From the NCBI GenBank assembly GCA_002269645.1, contig NIVC01002708.1, positions 1 to 64,000 on the forward strand: 64,000 nt of DNA. The letters run 5' to 3'. This DNA comes from Macrostomum lignano (taxonomy: Eukaryota). Numbering within the stretch: position 1 is the first letter of the stretch; each line of letters opens with the position of its first letter. Below, in pieces: positions 12,567 through 25,645 of this stretch. A program made the translations under genes and the position numbers. The notes beneath the pieces are model-generated. The model was not told the origin of the DNA. It made no database searches and worked only from the letters and a program-made list of their open reading frames with translations.

Positions 12567-13602
12567 TTCCAAGAGCCTCTGCTGGTTAGTAGTCAGATTG
12601 AATATGACCAGCTATTTTTAAGTTACGAAATCATTTTTTTCTACTTTTAGGTTTCACAGTCCACAGACCGAAATTTCGCAACGCCTAAAAAGACGTCCCG
12701 GTGTTTTCGTGATGTACCACTAGGAAGTGAAATTCAACAGATGCTCAGCTCTTAAACGGCTCATATTTGTATTACTAAACATACGTATGTAAAAACGCAG
12801 GTAGGTAAGATTCGTGAGAACTTCATATTATACAATTGTCTACTGAAAGTCTAGGGAAAGTGCTCTATCAGTCATGTTGGGCCTACGGCAATTGACTGCT
12901 ACAGATTGAACTGCCACCCTAACCCTAAACCTAACCTAAAGCTCCTGGTCAAGTTTGTGTGGTACTTTGGGTGTAGGCATTAAATAACATGAAATAAAAC
13001 ATAATTAATAGTTTCCATAGCAGCGATACAAATGAAGGCGACACCAGTAAGCACGAGGGAGTAAAAATTATATTTTATAAAATGACTAAAAATAAGTTAC
13101 TGGGAATTCTGGGTACAGTGGGGACAATATTCAGACAATGGATCAAATTTAAAGGCTTACATGTAGATCATTAGTATGCTTATTAGCGCAAAGATTGCAT
13201 CACAACCAGTGCATCTACCTGCGGCGCCTTAGACATGACATTAAACAATCAATAACTGCATGCACACTTGAAATATCATTAAAACACTCGTTCCATTTTT
13301 GCACCTGTATAATAATTTGAGCAGAATCAAACTAGGAAAATTAAGCTACAATAAATAAAACAAAGTAAATAAATGGAGAGCTACGAACTTGGAATATACC
13401 AAAAGAAAGTAAAAATTTCCTTCTATACAATACAAATATCTTAGGATCGGCGACCAAATAGTAGAAATTGTCTCAGTCTTTTCTAGGCAGATTTTTGAGT
13501 CTATATAATATGGCCTGTATAGGATAACCGCTGTCTCTTATTATGGATTATATATTGCTACTAAAAATGACTGGGATAAATACAATAATAGCCTGATTTT
13601 GC

Positions 13603-14934
13603 TCAGCCGGCATCGCAGTCGGCAATCAGGCCAGCCAAATAGCTCGAGTCCGGCTGGAACTGAGAACAGGCAGCCACCGACAGATAATTGGCGCTGCGAT
13701 ACTTTTGGTACACGAATCGGTGCTGATGATGATGATCCTGATGGGGATGCTGGTGCCGCGACTCGGCGCCACCAGCCGCGGCTCTGAGCACGGCGCGAGC
13801 CAGGCTGGCGCAGACTGAGCGCAGTGACTCAGCTGAGTAGCCAGAGTAGAAGGCCAGCTGTTTGGACCAATCTCGCAATTCTGAGCCAAGCGAAACTCTA
13901 AGAGCGCCGGCGGCCAGCCGACTGGCCGGCAGGCAGGACAGATCGGTGCTGAGCGTGGCCAGCTCCAGCAGGTATTTAGCAATAAAGTGCAGCCGATTAT
14001 CGACGCCTGCTACCTTGGACAGTCGGCGCAGAAAGGTAATTGGCAGCGGAGGAAGCAGGTGAAAATCAAGCGCGCCAACCAGGCGAGTCTCCATAGTCAG
14101 AAGATCGCGCCGGCCACAGGCGCCGGCGCAGACGTGCAGCAAGTCGCCAAGGCTGATGCAGTAGACCTCTTCGAGCTTGGAGGCCAGCCAGAGCGCAGCA
14201 GCGCCCAGCGACTGCAACTGGTGCTTGGCTAAACACGAATCAACAGCCAGGTAGTGGTCTAGCAGGCGTACGGACAGGTGGAAAGTGTCCGATTGAAGCT
14301 CAAATCTGCCACTCAATTGAAGCAGCCAATCGACTAGGACAGCGCGAGATCGTTCAGTAATCTCGGCGTGTCCAGACAGTAAATTATTCGGCAAGGTGTA
14401 AGCTAATTCCCGTTCAGCCAGGTACACAAAGATGTCCTTAGCGTAGGCAGTTACCATGGTGCAGTGGCCTCGTTGATCAGCGTCTGGCACGTCAGCTGGC
14501 AGAGTCGCTGATCGATCCAAGCAGGGCAGCCTGCTTGGCTCAACTGGTGCAACCTCCACCGTAGATGTGGAGTCGGCCTCAGCGACTTTAACATCGGACT
14601 TGCATGTGTTGTCATTCTTATTACCTGTAGCTTTCTGACAAACAGAGCGGCGCAGCGACTGTTGCTGGCTATTGTTGGAGCACTGCCTCAGCGGCTCTCT
14701 AACAGGCTGCTGTCGACGTTTCCCGTTGATTTGCTGCTGAGAATCTTTTTGATTGACCGGCTGACTAATGCGACGTTGCTGGCGGAAATTCTGATAGCTT
14801 TTATCAGCAAAGCTGCGAATGTTCGACGCGACGAAGTCGTCCGGTTGTTGCTGTTGTTCTTGTTGTTCGCGTTGCTGCTTCCTTCGATTGCGCATGGTTT
14901 CAGCTAACAGACGCTGCGCCTTGTACATTGACAT
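13603..14934 (-). CDS. CCNB-like: B-type (G2/M) cyclin, intronless, divergent
   Basis: YAKDIFVYL, cyclin box ITERSRAVLVDWLL...LQSLGAAALWLASKLEEVY, cyclin-B signature FLRRLSK, AKYLLEL, and a D-box REPLRQCSN (14700-14674). ATG at 14934; the track start at 14994 is TTG. Confidence 0.9.
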   Translation of the reverse strand: MSMYKAQRLLAETMRNRRKQQREQQEQQQQPDDFVASNIRSFADKSYQNFRQQRRISQPVNQKDSQQQINGKRRQQPVREPLRQCSNNSQQQSLRRSVCQKATGNKNDNTCKSDVKVAEADSTSTVEVAPVEPSRLPCLDRSATLPADVPDADQRGHCTMVTAYAKDIFVYLAERELAYTLPNNLLSGHAEITERSRAVLVDWLLQLSGRFELQSDTFHLSVRLLDHYLAVDSCLAKHQLQSLGAAALWLASKLEEVYCISLGDLLHVCAGACGRRDLLTMETRLVGALDFHLLPPLPITFLRRLSKVAGVDNRLHFIAKYLLELATLSTDLSCLPASRLAAGALRVSLGSELRDWSKQLAFYSGYSAESLRSVCASLARAVLRAAAGGAESRHQHPHQDHHHQHRFVYQKYRSANYLSVAACSQFQPDSSYLAGLIADCDAG

Positions 14935-16249
14935 GCTTTTGAGATGTGCGAATAAATGAAGACAGAAATACAACAACCAAACCACTGATTGCAACGGGCC
15001 GCAATTTGGTTAGTAAAAATCGATTGCAAGGCGTGGCTAAATATAATTATTTCAAAAATAAATTTACGTACACGCTAGATAATACCAAGGCTTAGATTAG
15101 AAGAGCCTGGATTTATTGTATGCATTCCGTCCCCCCACCCACTATAACCAATCTAGTTAATATTTTTAATTAGTTCTTATCTATGGCCGATCACTCCCCA
15201 TGACTGCGATTGGACGGAAATTGGGGCGGGTTGGAGAGCGAGAAGCGCCCCGCCCCGCCCCGCCCCTCTAGGCACACAATTTCTAACAGTGTACATGTAC
15301 ACTGAAGAGCTGAAGTGAGTGCTCGTATTTTTCTGTTCAAATAAGTCTGATTTGTAACCTGTGTACATTTATTTTGTTTCACTAATAATTGGCCTTTAAA
15401 TGGAGAGCCGTAGCCTGGTGTATGTGCTCATTCTCAATTGCAGTCCCATGAATTTCGGGCTACATTGGAATCTCGGCTTGGCTTTGCTCGTGTAATTAAC
15501 GCCCTTGAGGCCAAATCCACAAAGCACAGTAAAGTGTGCAGCCCTTAGCCTAAAAAAGATGAATAGATAAAGTTTTTAGGACCGCTAAACACTCCTAGCT
15601 GTGTGAGTGTCATACATGCCCAACACCTGGCCGATTCGACCGGGTGGTGAGGTCTGGCCAAGGTAAGTTGCAAAAACGCCAACAAAAAAAATCGGACGTA
15701 ATACTAATTAGATGATGAGGAATTAACCTGAATAATAGTTAGTTACTCCTGCTGTTTACCCAAATTTACGTTAATTTTAGCTTTAGGGTTTCATAGGTAA
15801 GTCGCATTTTTGGTCAAAAAGTGAGTCGCACGGCCGGATGAAATTTCGAAGTTGGGCATGTATGGTGAGTGTGTGCCTGCGCGTAAGATTGTTGTATGCA
15901 TCCGTGCGCCGCGCTTATGTCTCTGCTCAGAGGAGTCGGCGGAATGAGCTGTAATGCCTCTTGCCGGTTTGTGACAATGTCGCTTAAAGTGTGCCAGGGC
16001 GTGGGGTTAGGGGACATCACAAACCCGAAAAAATCACAACTCTGAAAAGCGCTTTCCATCATCCTACAATCATAACTCCGAAAGTGGTAGCCTAGCAACG
16101 CCCAACGCTAATATGGTTTTCGGAGTTGTGATTTTTCGGGTTTGTGATGGTGACACCAGTGCGCCCCCAGGCCTATAAATGACTAACAAGTTGTTGTACT
16201 GGAAAATGGGTTTAAGCACCACCAAACTCTTCCAGCTTTTACAGCTATT

Positions 16250-16684
16250 TTAAAGATATAAACACATTTTAAGCTCAAAAGACTCACCGGCAGTAACTAC
16301 ACGCGGCATCGCTCTGTTGTAGGGCATCATTTTAATAACAAACGGACCGGTAGATTGCCGTTGGCACTGCTGCATCTGCGAATTTACAGATGCTGGCCGC
16401 AACGGCTCAGCTCGATGATGATGATGAAGCCCAAACTGATGCTGCACCGAGCTGGAGGCAGTGCACGCAGTCGGCACGGGCAATAGTTCAAAGTCAATAG
16501 CCAGACGGCTGCTTCTCCTAGCTGTCACCTGGTATCCGGGCCGACAGTCCGCGTCCGGCGAGTCGGGACTGTCCGGGTCGGAGGAATCGCATGTACTTTT
16601 AAGCACGCTACCGATAGGCAGTGCCACCAAGGCGCTCAGTGTGGATAATTCCAGAGTGAATCGGACTGGCAAAGGTGACGTCAT
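16250..16684 (-). CDS. Hypothetical protein exon (MTSPLPVRFTLELS...), probably spliced at a GTGAGT donor at 16287
   Basis: GC-rich ORF with an ATG at 16684 after a pyrimidine tract and AG, and a strong donor gccg|gtgagt. No recognisable domain; the downstream exon is not resolved. Confidence 0.45.
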   Translation of the reverse strand: MTSPLPVRFTLELSTLSALVALPIGSVLKSTCDSSDPDSPDSPDADCRPGYQVTARRSSRLAIDFELLPVPTACTASSSVQHQFGLHHHHRAEPLRPASVNSQMQQCQRQSTGPFVIKMMPYNRAMPRVVTAGESFELKMCLYL

Positions 16685-17824
16685 TGTTCTTCTTTGATGC
16701 AACAATGAGAAGCAAATTTAGTTTGCTGTCCGAACTGCTTTGGCATAAAACTCTCGATTGGGATATTATGTCTTTTTTCCTCGATGAAAGCTCGCGAATT
16801 GAATCAATTATTTTTTTGGTATAAGGAAGCTGCAATGATCAAGCTTCATTTGTTATAGAAAATAAAACTATTTCTATATATATCTATAATATCACAGCTC
16901 AGATCTTACTCTCAGCAGGGCGAGTTTTGTACTAACCGCGGCCACTTCTGCTTAACTTGCAGCGCTGGTGGTGAATGAGCTAACCTACTAGGCTAGTGAT
17001 ACTCATTAGTTACAGCTGAACTACTAATTTGAATAGGAAGCTCCATATGAAATAAATAAGAAAGCCATACGAGCGTGAATAAAGTGACTGAAATTTATGC
17101 AACTAGCAAGGCAGTACAAAAACGTTTATATATATACACCCGATGTGCAATTTTTCACACAATGTGCAGAGGGCATCCGGTACACGATGAATATGCACTA
17201 GCATTATTCATGGATGTCAAGGCTCATAAAGGGAGTTTCTGAGATCGAGATGTCAAGGCTCATAAAGGGAGTTTCTGAGATGTCAAGACTCATGGGGAGA
17301 GTAGCTTGAAATGCTGTGGCTTATGGGGCTTGCTAAGATGCAAAGGATCAATTGAGAGTGGTTGGTAGGCCAGACATCAAAGGGATAGTAAGAGTTAGGG
17401 TTTAGCCATGGCTTAAGTCGAGGCTCTGATGCTTTTTTGTTTTAAACATCGATTTCTACAAGAAAACTGGCAATAGTGGCAGTACAAGGTCAATAGCTAT
17501 GCACATGTAGTTTATTCAGAACTTTTTATTCCTTTTTCTGTAGCCTCCCCAACGTGGAGTGAAGATTGCTAGTCTATTCTAGCTCGTACACCTAATCATA
17601 GCTTGGCATTTTGACGGGAAATGTTTTTGAGTCGAATTTGTGCTAATGAACACTCGAAAATATTCGAGTTGACAAATGGACCAAATTATTTGAACATAGC
17701 ACATTTGATTTTTTTTAGACGATATAACCCTGATTTCTACGGCTTGATAGGACCAGCAAATGTAAATTGAGAAATGCACGCGAGCAATTTAAGTTTGTCT
17801 CTGTTGGACTTAAACTGCTTGCAC

Positions 17825-20800
17825 TCAGGCATTGGACAGTGGAGTCAGGGCGGCCAGGACATGGTCCAGTTTCTCCAAAGCATTAGCGCCAGCCAGCCGG
17901 TCCAATTGAACCCGGCGCCACTTGTCGCCGTTGCCGCCTCGATTAACTGAGACAACAAATTTCCTATTAGAATCCAGCTGCACTAGCAGAGAGCACTGGC
18001 CGTCAGGGGAGCGGAGCAGGCTAGCGGCCGGATCGGAGCTGTTCGCCAGCAGGTGCCAGCCGAGACTGGTGGAGGCGGAGTGCACGCACAGCAGGAGGTG
18101 CCGATCGGCCTCGCGCAGCAGGCAGGGCTGCAGGAGCCGTTTAACGTCGCCTAAGCGGGCAGCGACTCGCTGACCGCAGGTGGTGAGCAGAACAGCCTGC
18201 GGCGAGGAGGGGGGTGTCCAGCCTGATTTTGTATAGCCATTTTGAACCATCGTTAATTCCTGACCTCATAACTAAGGTAGCCAGTTGTCCAATTGCTAGT
18301 CGGACAAGCTAGTCGGACAAATAATGAAGACAGAACTGTCACTTAGCAGAAGCTAAATTTAGCAACAGACGGACAGTGACGTTTACGCTCGTAAAAAGTC
18401 GGAAGATGGTTGACGGGGGCGAGAGTCAGGCTATAATTAGGAGACGCGCAAGGAGAGGCCTAAAATTATCGATCGTGCAACTATTTGCACAGTTCTGAAT
18501 ACACGCACATGCACAAAGATAAAACGGCCCAATTGGGGGCTACTAAATCTGGGATTTTGGAGATGCGAAACTTAGGGATTGTGAGGCCGGGTGTAATTGT
18601 GGGTTGTGAAATTTAATTGGAAATGTGAATTTGACAATTGCCAACAAGCCCTACTCGCTACTTTCAGTAGTAAGCTGCGAATAGGCAATGAATTAACCAA
18701 TAACGCAGACAAACCTTCCTATCGCCGATGCTAATAAGCGCCCGGCTGCGCAACAGATCGTAGCTTCGACGAACAAATTCTACAGCTACGTGGGCGGATG
18801 TTGACGACCCGGTCTGCCAGTGCCAGACTAGGCGAGGCTCCGCCAACGGCCAGGCCTCCAGCAGGTTGGCAACTTCGCGATAGAGCGCCGAGTGCCGGCA
18901 GATGGCGGCCAGCCGGTCAAGCAGGCCGGTCTCCGGCTCCGGCACCGGCCGGGAGAACGGGCCGGCCTCGCAGCGCCGCTCGGACAGTCCGGCCGGAGCG
19001 CAGCTGGGGAACGGGCCGGGCTCCGGACGGGCCTGTTGGTGCCGCTTTAGTAGCAGGCATTCGAGCACGTTGCTTAGATAGTTTGGCCGGGGCAAGCGTT
19101 GTGCTTGCTGCTGCTGCTGCTGCTGCTGCTGGGATAAAGGCTTCGAGCTCTGATCGGTGAGTAGAACAAGCAACAGCTATGAATACACAGTGAGTACGAT
19201 TGAGATAGTTGGTGGGTGACCTAATCTGTAGATTTGGAAAGAGAAAGATCGCTGCCCAAAATCAAAGGATCTGGGAAGGCAGTCCAGATAAAAGATCTGG
19301 GAAAGCGGATATACAGCCTAAGGATCTGAGAAAAGAAAGCGGATGCACAGCCTGGGATCTGGGAAAGCGGATGCACAGCCAAGGATCTGGGAAAGCGGAT
19401 GCACAGCCTGGGGATCTGGGAAAGCGGATGCACAGCCAAGGATCTGGGAAAGCGGATGCACAGCCTGGGGATCTGGGAAAGCGGATGCACAGCCTGGGGA
19501 TCTGGGAAAGCGGATGCACAGCCTGGGGATCTGGGAAAGCGGATGCACAGCCTGGGGATCTGGGAAAGCGGATGCACAGCCTGGGGATCTGGGAAAGCGG
19601 ATGCACAGCCTGGGGATCTGGAAAAGCGGATGCACAGCCTGGGGATCTGGGAAAGCGGATGCACAGCCTGAGGAAGGTCTTATAGACGCAGCAATCTTAC
19701 CATCCCGGCGGACTGCTCCTGCTGCTGCTGCTGCTGTATCTCGGGTCCAACAACTTTGTACAGACTGACATTGGCGCACAGTCCAGGCGCCAACGGCAGC
19801 TCCACAGCGTCTGGTCCGGCGCGAATACCAGCCTGGACGCACTCGCAGCAGATGGTGTTGTACAGCTCTTGGGCTAGCAAGAGGCGCTGACTATTGCACA
19901 GGCTGACTCGCGGCAGCTCGGTTGCAGCCGGCTGCGGAAATAGCGACTCGCCAGACGACGTTCGCAGTGTCACCTGCGGGTGCAGATAATTGGATTGCAT
20001 AGATTTCCTGGCGCCTTGGTGGGCAACCATAGTCTAGCACACACTACTGGGCGATCGGAGTGTACAGTAGGACCATGTCCTTCCATTATTCAATAAATGA
20101 GTCGCGATGAGCTAGAAGAGGATTATCTATGACCTTCGCAGGCAGGTACAAAGCAAAATCTCACCTGCACACAAGCCTGACCATACAGGTGCCCCGGCAA
20201 TAGCACTTCGAAGCTGCTATCTTTGGCGGTCCGCAGCTCGAATCCGCCACTGTCCGGATAGCGGCTGCCGGCCGAGCGCAGCGATAGGTCGCCGCTAATG
20301 GTGTTGGCGACGCGGCGCAGCTTCCAGCACTGAGCGATCTGTTGCAACTCGAAGTTGCCAATAACCTCCTGCTGCAGCATTTGATTGCTGCCCCGGCCTT
20401 TTTCTAGCACCTCGGCGGCCGCTTGTACGCACTTTTTCTTGCCTTGAACAACTAGCTGGATTCGTTGTTCGTACTTCTCAACGTCGCGCTGCATCGGCTC
20501 TAAGGTAAGCGCCTGCGGCCGTTGACGCAGCGCAATCAACAGGTCCATCAGCGCAGTGGTCTCGTCAAGAGCCGCCGCTATCGACAAGCGAATCTGGAGG
20601 TGGAATTTGGAATTTTTTGTAAGCCTCATAAATCTGATCTAAGCTAATTGTGTGACGAACTATTTAGTTTCTGGGCTAATAGCAAAGCGGAACCAAATCT
20701 CATATCTAGAGGCTACTAGCGGAATCAAATCTTATATCTAGAGGCTACTAGCGGAACCAAATCTGATATATAGAGGCTACTAGCGGAACCAAATCTTATA

Positions 20801-21849
20801 TCTAGAGGCTACTAGCGGAATCAAATCTCATCTAGAGCTTACTAGCGGAACCAAATCTTATATCTAGAGGCTACTAGCGGAATCAAATCTCATCTAGATT
20901 TTACTAGCGGAACCAAATCTTATATCTAGAGGCTACTAGCGGAATCAAATCTCATCTAGAGCTTACTAGCGGAACCAAATCTCATATCTAGAGCTTAATA
21001 GCGAAACCAAATCTAGAGCTTACTAGCTGAACCAAATCTCATATCTAGAGCTTACTAGCTGAACCAAATCTCATATCTAGAGCTTAATAGCGGAACCAAA
21101 TCTAGAGCTTACTAGCGGAACCAAATCTCATATCTAGAGCTTACTAGCGGAACCAAATCTCATATCTAGAGCTTACTAGCGGAACCAAATCTCAAATCTA
21201 GAGCTTACTAGCTGAACCAAATCTCATATCTAGAGCTTAATAGCGGAACCAAATCTAGAGCTTACTAGCGGAACCAAATCTCATATCTAGAGCTTACTAG
21301 CGGAACCAAATCTCATATCTAGAGCTTACTAGCTGAACCAAATCTCATATCTAGAGCTTAATAGCGGAACCAAATCTAGAGCTTACTAGCTGAACCAAAT
21401 CTCATATCTAGAGGCTACTAGCGGAACCAAATCTCATATCTAGAGGCTACTAGCGGAACCAAATCTCATATCTAGAGACTACTAGCCGAACCAAATCCTC
21501 TGCAACACTCGGACTCAAAGCTCTAATTAGTAAATCTTACATTCTGCCAGTAGGACGCAGACTCTGCATTAGCTGGTCCCAAGCTTGCAGCCTGCTGCTG
21601 CCCTCCCCCAGTCGATAAATTTGAGTCATCGAGCTGCTCATCGGCTGAGCCAATAGTCGGCTCCACTTCGCTAACAAACTCTTCAAGATCCTCGTCCCAT
21701 TGTTGGAACTTGATCTTGCTAACCAGCTGGCAGAACGCCTCGGAAGCGGTTGGCGGCTTCTCGTGCACCTCGGAGCCGTCAGGATTGATTCGTTCAACGG
21801 TGTACTCTGGCAGGCATTCCGCAGAGATTTGAACGCCAGCTGGGTTCAT
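17825..21849 (-). CDS. MED17: Mediator subunit 17; exons 21849-21541, 20593-20165, 19973-19701, 19176 (or 19149)-18715, 18196-17825 (about 610 aa)
   Basis: All introns are GT-AG and phase 0. VQISAEC...INPDGSE resembles VRISIES...GLDGTE; WKLRRVANTISGDLSLRSAGSRYPDSGGFE resembles [38 protein letters not shown] resembles DPQIQAHW; the C-terminal EKLDHVLAALTP resembles YKMELLMSALSP. Confidence 0.9.
19270..19670. repeat. Intronic minisatellite, 29-bp unit (gggatctgggaaagcggatgcacagcctg)
   Basis: About 13 copies in MED17 intron 3. Confidence 0.95.
20688..21497. repeat. Intronic minisatellite, about 32-bp unit (ctagagcttactagcggaaccaaatctcatat)
   Basis: About 25 copies in MED17 intron 1. Confidence 0.95.
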
Positions 21850-24214
21850 GGCTGGTTAAAGCTGCAACGCAATCAACAGTTGGCTATAGTATGCAAATTT
21901 AATATCAAATCAACACCTAGATTTTAAATGGCAATAACTGCTGTATGGCCAATTTATTGCAGTTTGTGTAGACACCGATAACCAAATGTCACTCGCAATT
22001 AAAGTTGGGAATAGTAGAGCGTCGGGCCTTTTTTCAGTAGTCTGTCTGAGCATTGTCACTTAAATTTAAAGCGGCAGCTAAAATTTTTATATATTTTTAA
22101 TCAGGATTTGCGGCCTCAGCAGCATATGGGGTTAAGAGTATACATGTATATATCAATAGATAATTTTCTTACACAACAAATTGGCTATTTTAATGTTGAA
22201 ATTTTAAAAACTGTTTGTTAAAAAAGCAGAAAACAACTTCTTATTTGGCTACTTTTTCTGCTCTAAACTAAAAATTTGTATCAACTTTGAGTGATTGCAA
22301 TGCAACTTTTTTTTATCTTCTTGGCAGTGCATGTCTTTCTAGTGGAAGGGTGGTAGCATGTTTTGAAATGGGGTAGAGGAGATTAGTAGGCCAAGAACAA
22401 TAATAGGGGCCTAGGCCTAGCCTACTCAATATAATAGGCAATCCTTCAGTTTCTTGCTTTCAGTGTTGGGCTCGATACTCAAAAAAGTATTGGTGAAAAC
22501 CAATACTCTGAAACCCTTTCTAAAAAAAGTATCACCGATACCTGAAAGTCCGATATCCAAATTTGAGTATCGGCGATACCCTAATTCTAATACTCTATTC
22601 CAATATCCAGTTTTTGCAAAAAGAATGCTTAACAAATATAGATGCATATAATTAAAGCCTCTCAGACCTTCTCCTAGATTTTTAAGGCAAATAAAACAAG
22701 CTTAGCATTGTTTTAAATCATGAAGCCTTCAATAAAACTTATAAAATTAAAGTAACAAATGAAAACCAACAGTTGCCACTGTAGTCAATAATTAACTATT
22801 TACTAGCCTCTATAGTCATTCTTCTTTACACCTATTAGCACTGTCATTGTTTTAGTATAGTGTGGCAGCCTGTCAGTCTGCGATTGGTACACCTGTAGGC
22901 TTAACCTCAGCCTTGCTTTTAGGGTTGAGCACACTTACATGTACACATGTACTCAGCCAGCCAGACCAAATGTTTTAAGCTGAGGTAGAGACTTAAAGCC
23001 TTACCTCAGATTGGGCAACACATCACCTCTCTGCTCTCTATACATGTAATCCTAAGTAAATCGCGTACTTCTCTACCCTTTACTCAACTTGGCCTCACAA
23101 TATATGTTTCCAAAATAGTGGATTTATTTATTTATTGCTATATGCATGTACATGTATGCATGCACATATGTTTGTATATGCATGTACACATTGTTCACTA
23201 AATTGCTTGTGTTACTAGTAGTGTAGCACTAATGTATTTGCTAATGTAGAAATTTTATTATTAATTGGCAATCAGTGACTGACAGTGTTGCAGAACTTGC
23301 AACATGATAATTGACTAAATAATATCATTTTAATGATAATTACTAATTATTATATTAGCTTTTTGTGTTCTAGTTTGACTGTGGGCTTTTAATTTGGTCA
23401 CAGAGTTAAGCAAAGCCCAGAGAATGCTGACTAGTCTATGCATTCTCTGGGCATGCAAGCAAAAGTCTATTACTCCAATGCATTCAGTTGGTTTCATGGC
23501 CCACTGAAAATGTCTATGGCAAAGTCAGAAGAAAGCGAGGTCAAGGGGGCACTGAGCCCCCTTGCGGGGGTGTGGGGGCACAGCCCCTACATTAGCACAC
23601 TAGCACACAAGACAAAAAAAGAAATAATGAAATCCAAAAATTGTCTATAGCCAAAACTTGCTTGGTTTGCCTTTGTTTGGTCTGCAAATTGAAAAAAGAG
23701 TAACTAATACTAAGAATTATTAAGCAGCACTAAGCTTTACTTTTAAAATATACAAGTTGTAGAAACATTAACTAGATACTGGTACTTACATATGCATACA
23801 AGTTTTTTTACTTATTGAAGTTGGCCATAAATTATTGCAGCGGGCAGGATGCCGTGCATTTCTCCCCATTTCAACATGCCTAGGATAACTATGAAAAGCT
23901 ATATAAGCTAATTAATAAAGTAGGCGAAGGCTATTTTAAAAGTTCTAAAAACTTGCTTCAAGATTGAAAGTATTAATTATTTCAGCTTCATTAACCTAAA
24001 AGTGAATTATTTATCAATACTTTCTATACAATTATGCAACCATTTTATTTATTTTAACAAATTTTTGATTGTTTGGATACTCAAAATTTTAAAAGTATCA
24101 GCTATCAGACTATCAGGAAAATTTGAAAATTGTATTGGAAGTTACCAAAGTTTGATAATATAAAAAATTATCAACTTCCAATACTCCAATACCCAAAATG
24201 TGTTGCCAATAGTA

Positions 24215-25645
24215 TTGGAATTATTTAAACCCCTTTTTTGAACTTTTCTGAGCTACTGCCAATATGGCTAGCCAACCTCTAGCACTGTGCTCCCAGGAAT
24301 ACGCATTATTACAGACTGGGTGCTGACCAGTTGGGTGACAGAGATTCACAATAGACTAATTCGGCAAAAGCAAATTTGGCAACAATCTAGGCAAATTTGG
24401 CGACAATTAATGAAGGAAAAACAATTACATATGATTTGAATAATTCCTTTTGTAGAATGGTAATCTATAATGCAGATTAGGCCTAGCTTTCCCTTTTTAA
24501 CTGATTTTGTTTTATCTATCATTTATTCTTAGTGAGTTTTAAGTCCTTTCCAAGAAATGTTTGTTAATTTCAGGCTGAGCGGCCTTGTAAGCAAAAACCT
24601 TTGGGACTTGGAATAGGACTTTTCATTTTCTATTGTTTACAATGTTGGGGAAAGAATTTAGCCTTTTAACGGCCCCCCTTCATTTGATATGAACCATTTA
24701 AGGTGCCCAATTCATTCTAATTTGAACCCCCTTTTTGCGGCTATCTATCTGTTTTATTATTCTGCTATTAGTCACCCACCCCACCTCTGTGCATGCCCGC
24801 CAAAGAGTATATGCAGGGCGGTGACTGGTGCCTTGTTCCAATGCGTGAATCTCCTTTTATTCATCGTTTGGATGGCCTCTTGAGTATATAAGGCTCAAAT
24901 ATACTGTAAATTATGGTGGCGGTAGCTCTACCCTACTGAAAGTAACAAGCTTAGCAAATTGATGCATTAACCTATGGTGTCAAAATTTTAGTGTCAACTA
25001 TTTGAATGACTGCACCAGCAGCACCGCTACACGTACAATCACTCCACTACGATATGACTACCTTCCCCAGAATTTGAGGACCCCAGCAGTTGGAGTAAAA
25101 TAGGAGAAAGAATTTTGTTGTAATTGGTTTACGCAACATCTTTAGATTTATTTGTACAAACGCAATGCCAGTAGGAATTCAAATGTAGAATCTGCCCCTA
25201 TGTCATTTATGAGTGTTAGCAACTGACCAATTTCAAGTCAAACCCCAAGTTAATTTTCTTTTTCCACCCACACCTTATTTGCTTTAACTTATCTTTAGGC
25301 TAGCTATAAAAAGACATATTGCCAAATTTGCCTAGATTGTTGCCAAATTTGCTTTTGCATGCATCTTTACAAACCAATAGGCTGCCTACAACACATTGGC
25401 CAACCATTTAATAGTCAACCATTTGCTGCAACTGCAAAGCCAAGTTTCAAGCTGTGTATAGAAATAGCAACATTTTTTTTAAATGTATTGCAAAAGTTCA
25501 TGTGGTTCCAAGCTTCCCTTATCAGCACTTTGGCAATACCTTCTAGTGAATAATATACTATTACCCTATGTAGAACTCTGTGAACTCTTGCAAGAACTCT
25601 GTTCCTGTTGGACTTTGAAAATTTCAAAAAGGGGTTTAAATAATT
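24215..25645. mobile_element. Foldback/MITE-like element with nested inverted repeats
   Basis: Perfect 38-bp inverted pair 24364-24401 / 25321-25358 and an outer imperfect pair at about 24217-24245 / 25616-25644. Confidence 0.5.

Noticed and set aside
16016-16148. Small hairpin (atcacaaacccgaaaaaatcacaactc and its inverse) as a miRNA precursor
   Set aside because: The arms are about 30 bp with a roughly 70-nt spacer; more consistent with a tiny TE remnant, and there is no further evidence.
17825-18250. Stand-alone 141-aa gene starting at ATG 18250
   Set aside because: From the acceptor at 18197 onward it matches the MED17 C-terminus and splices in phase with the previous exon.
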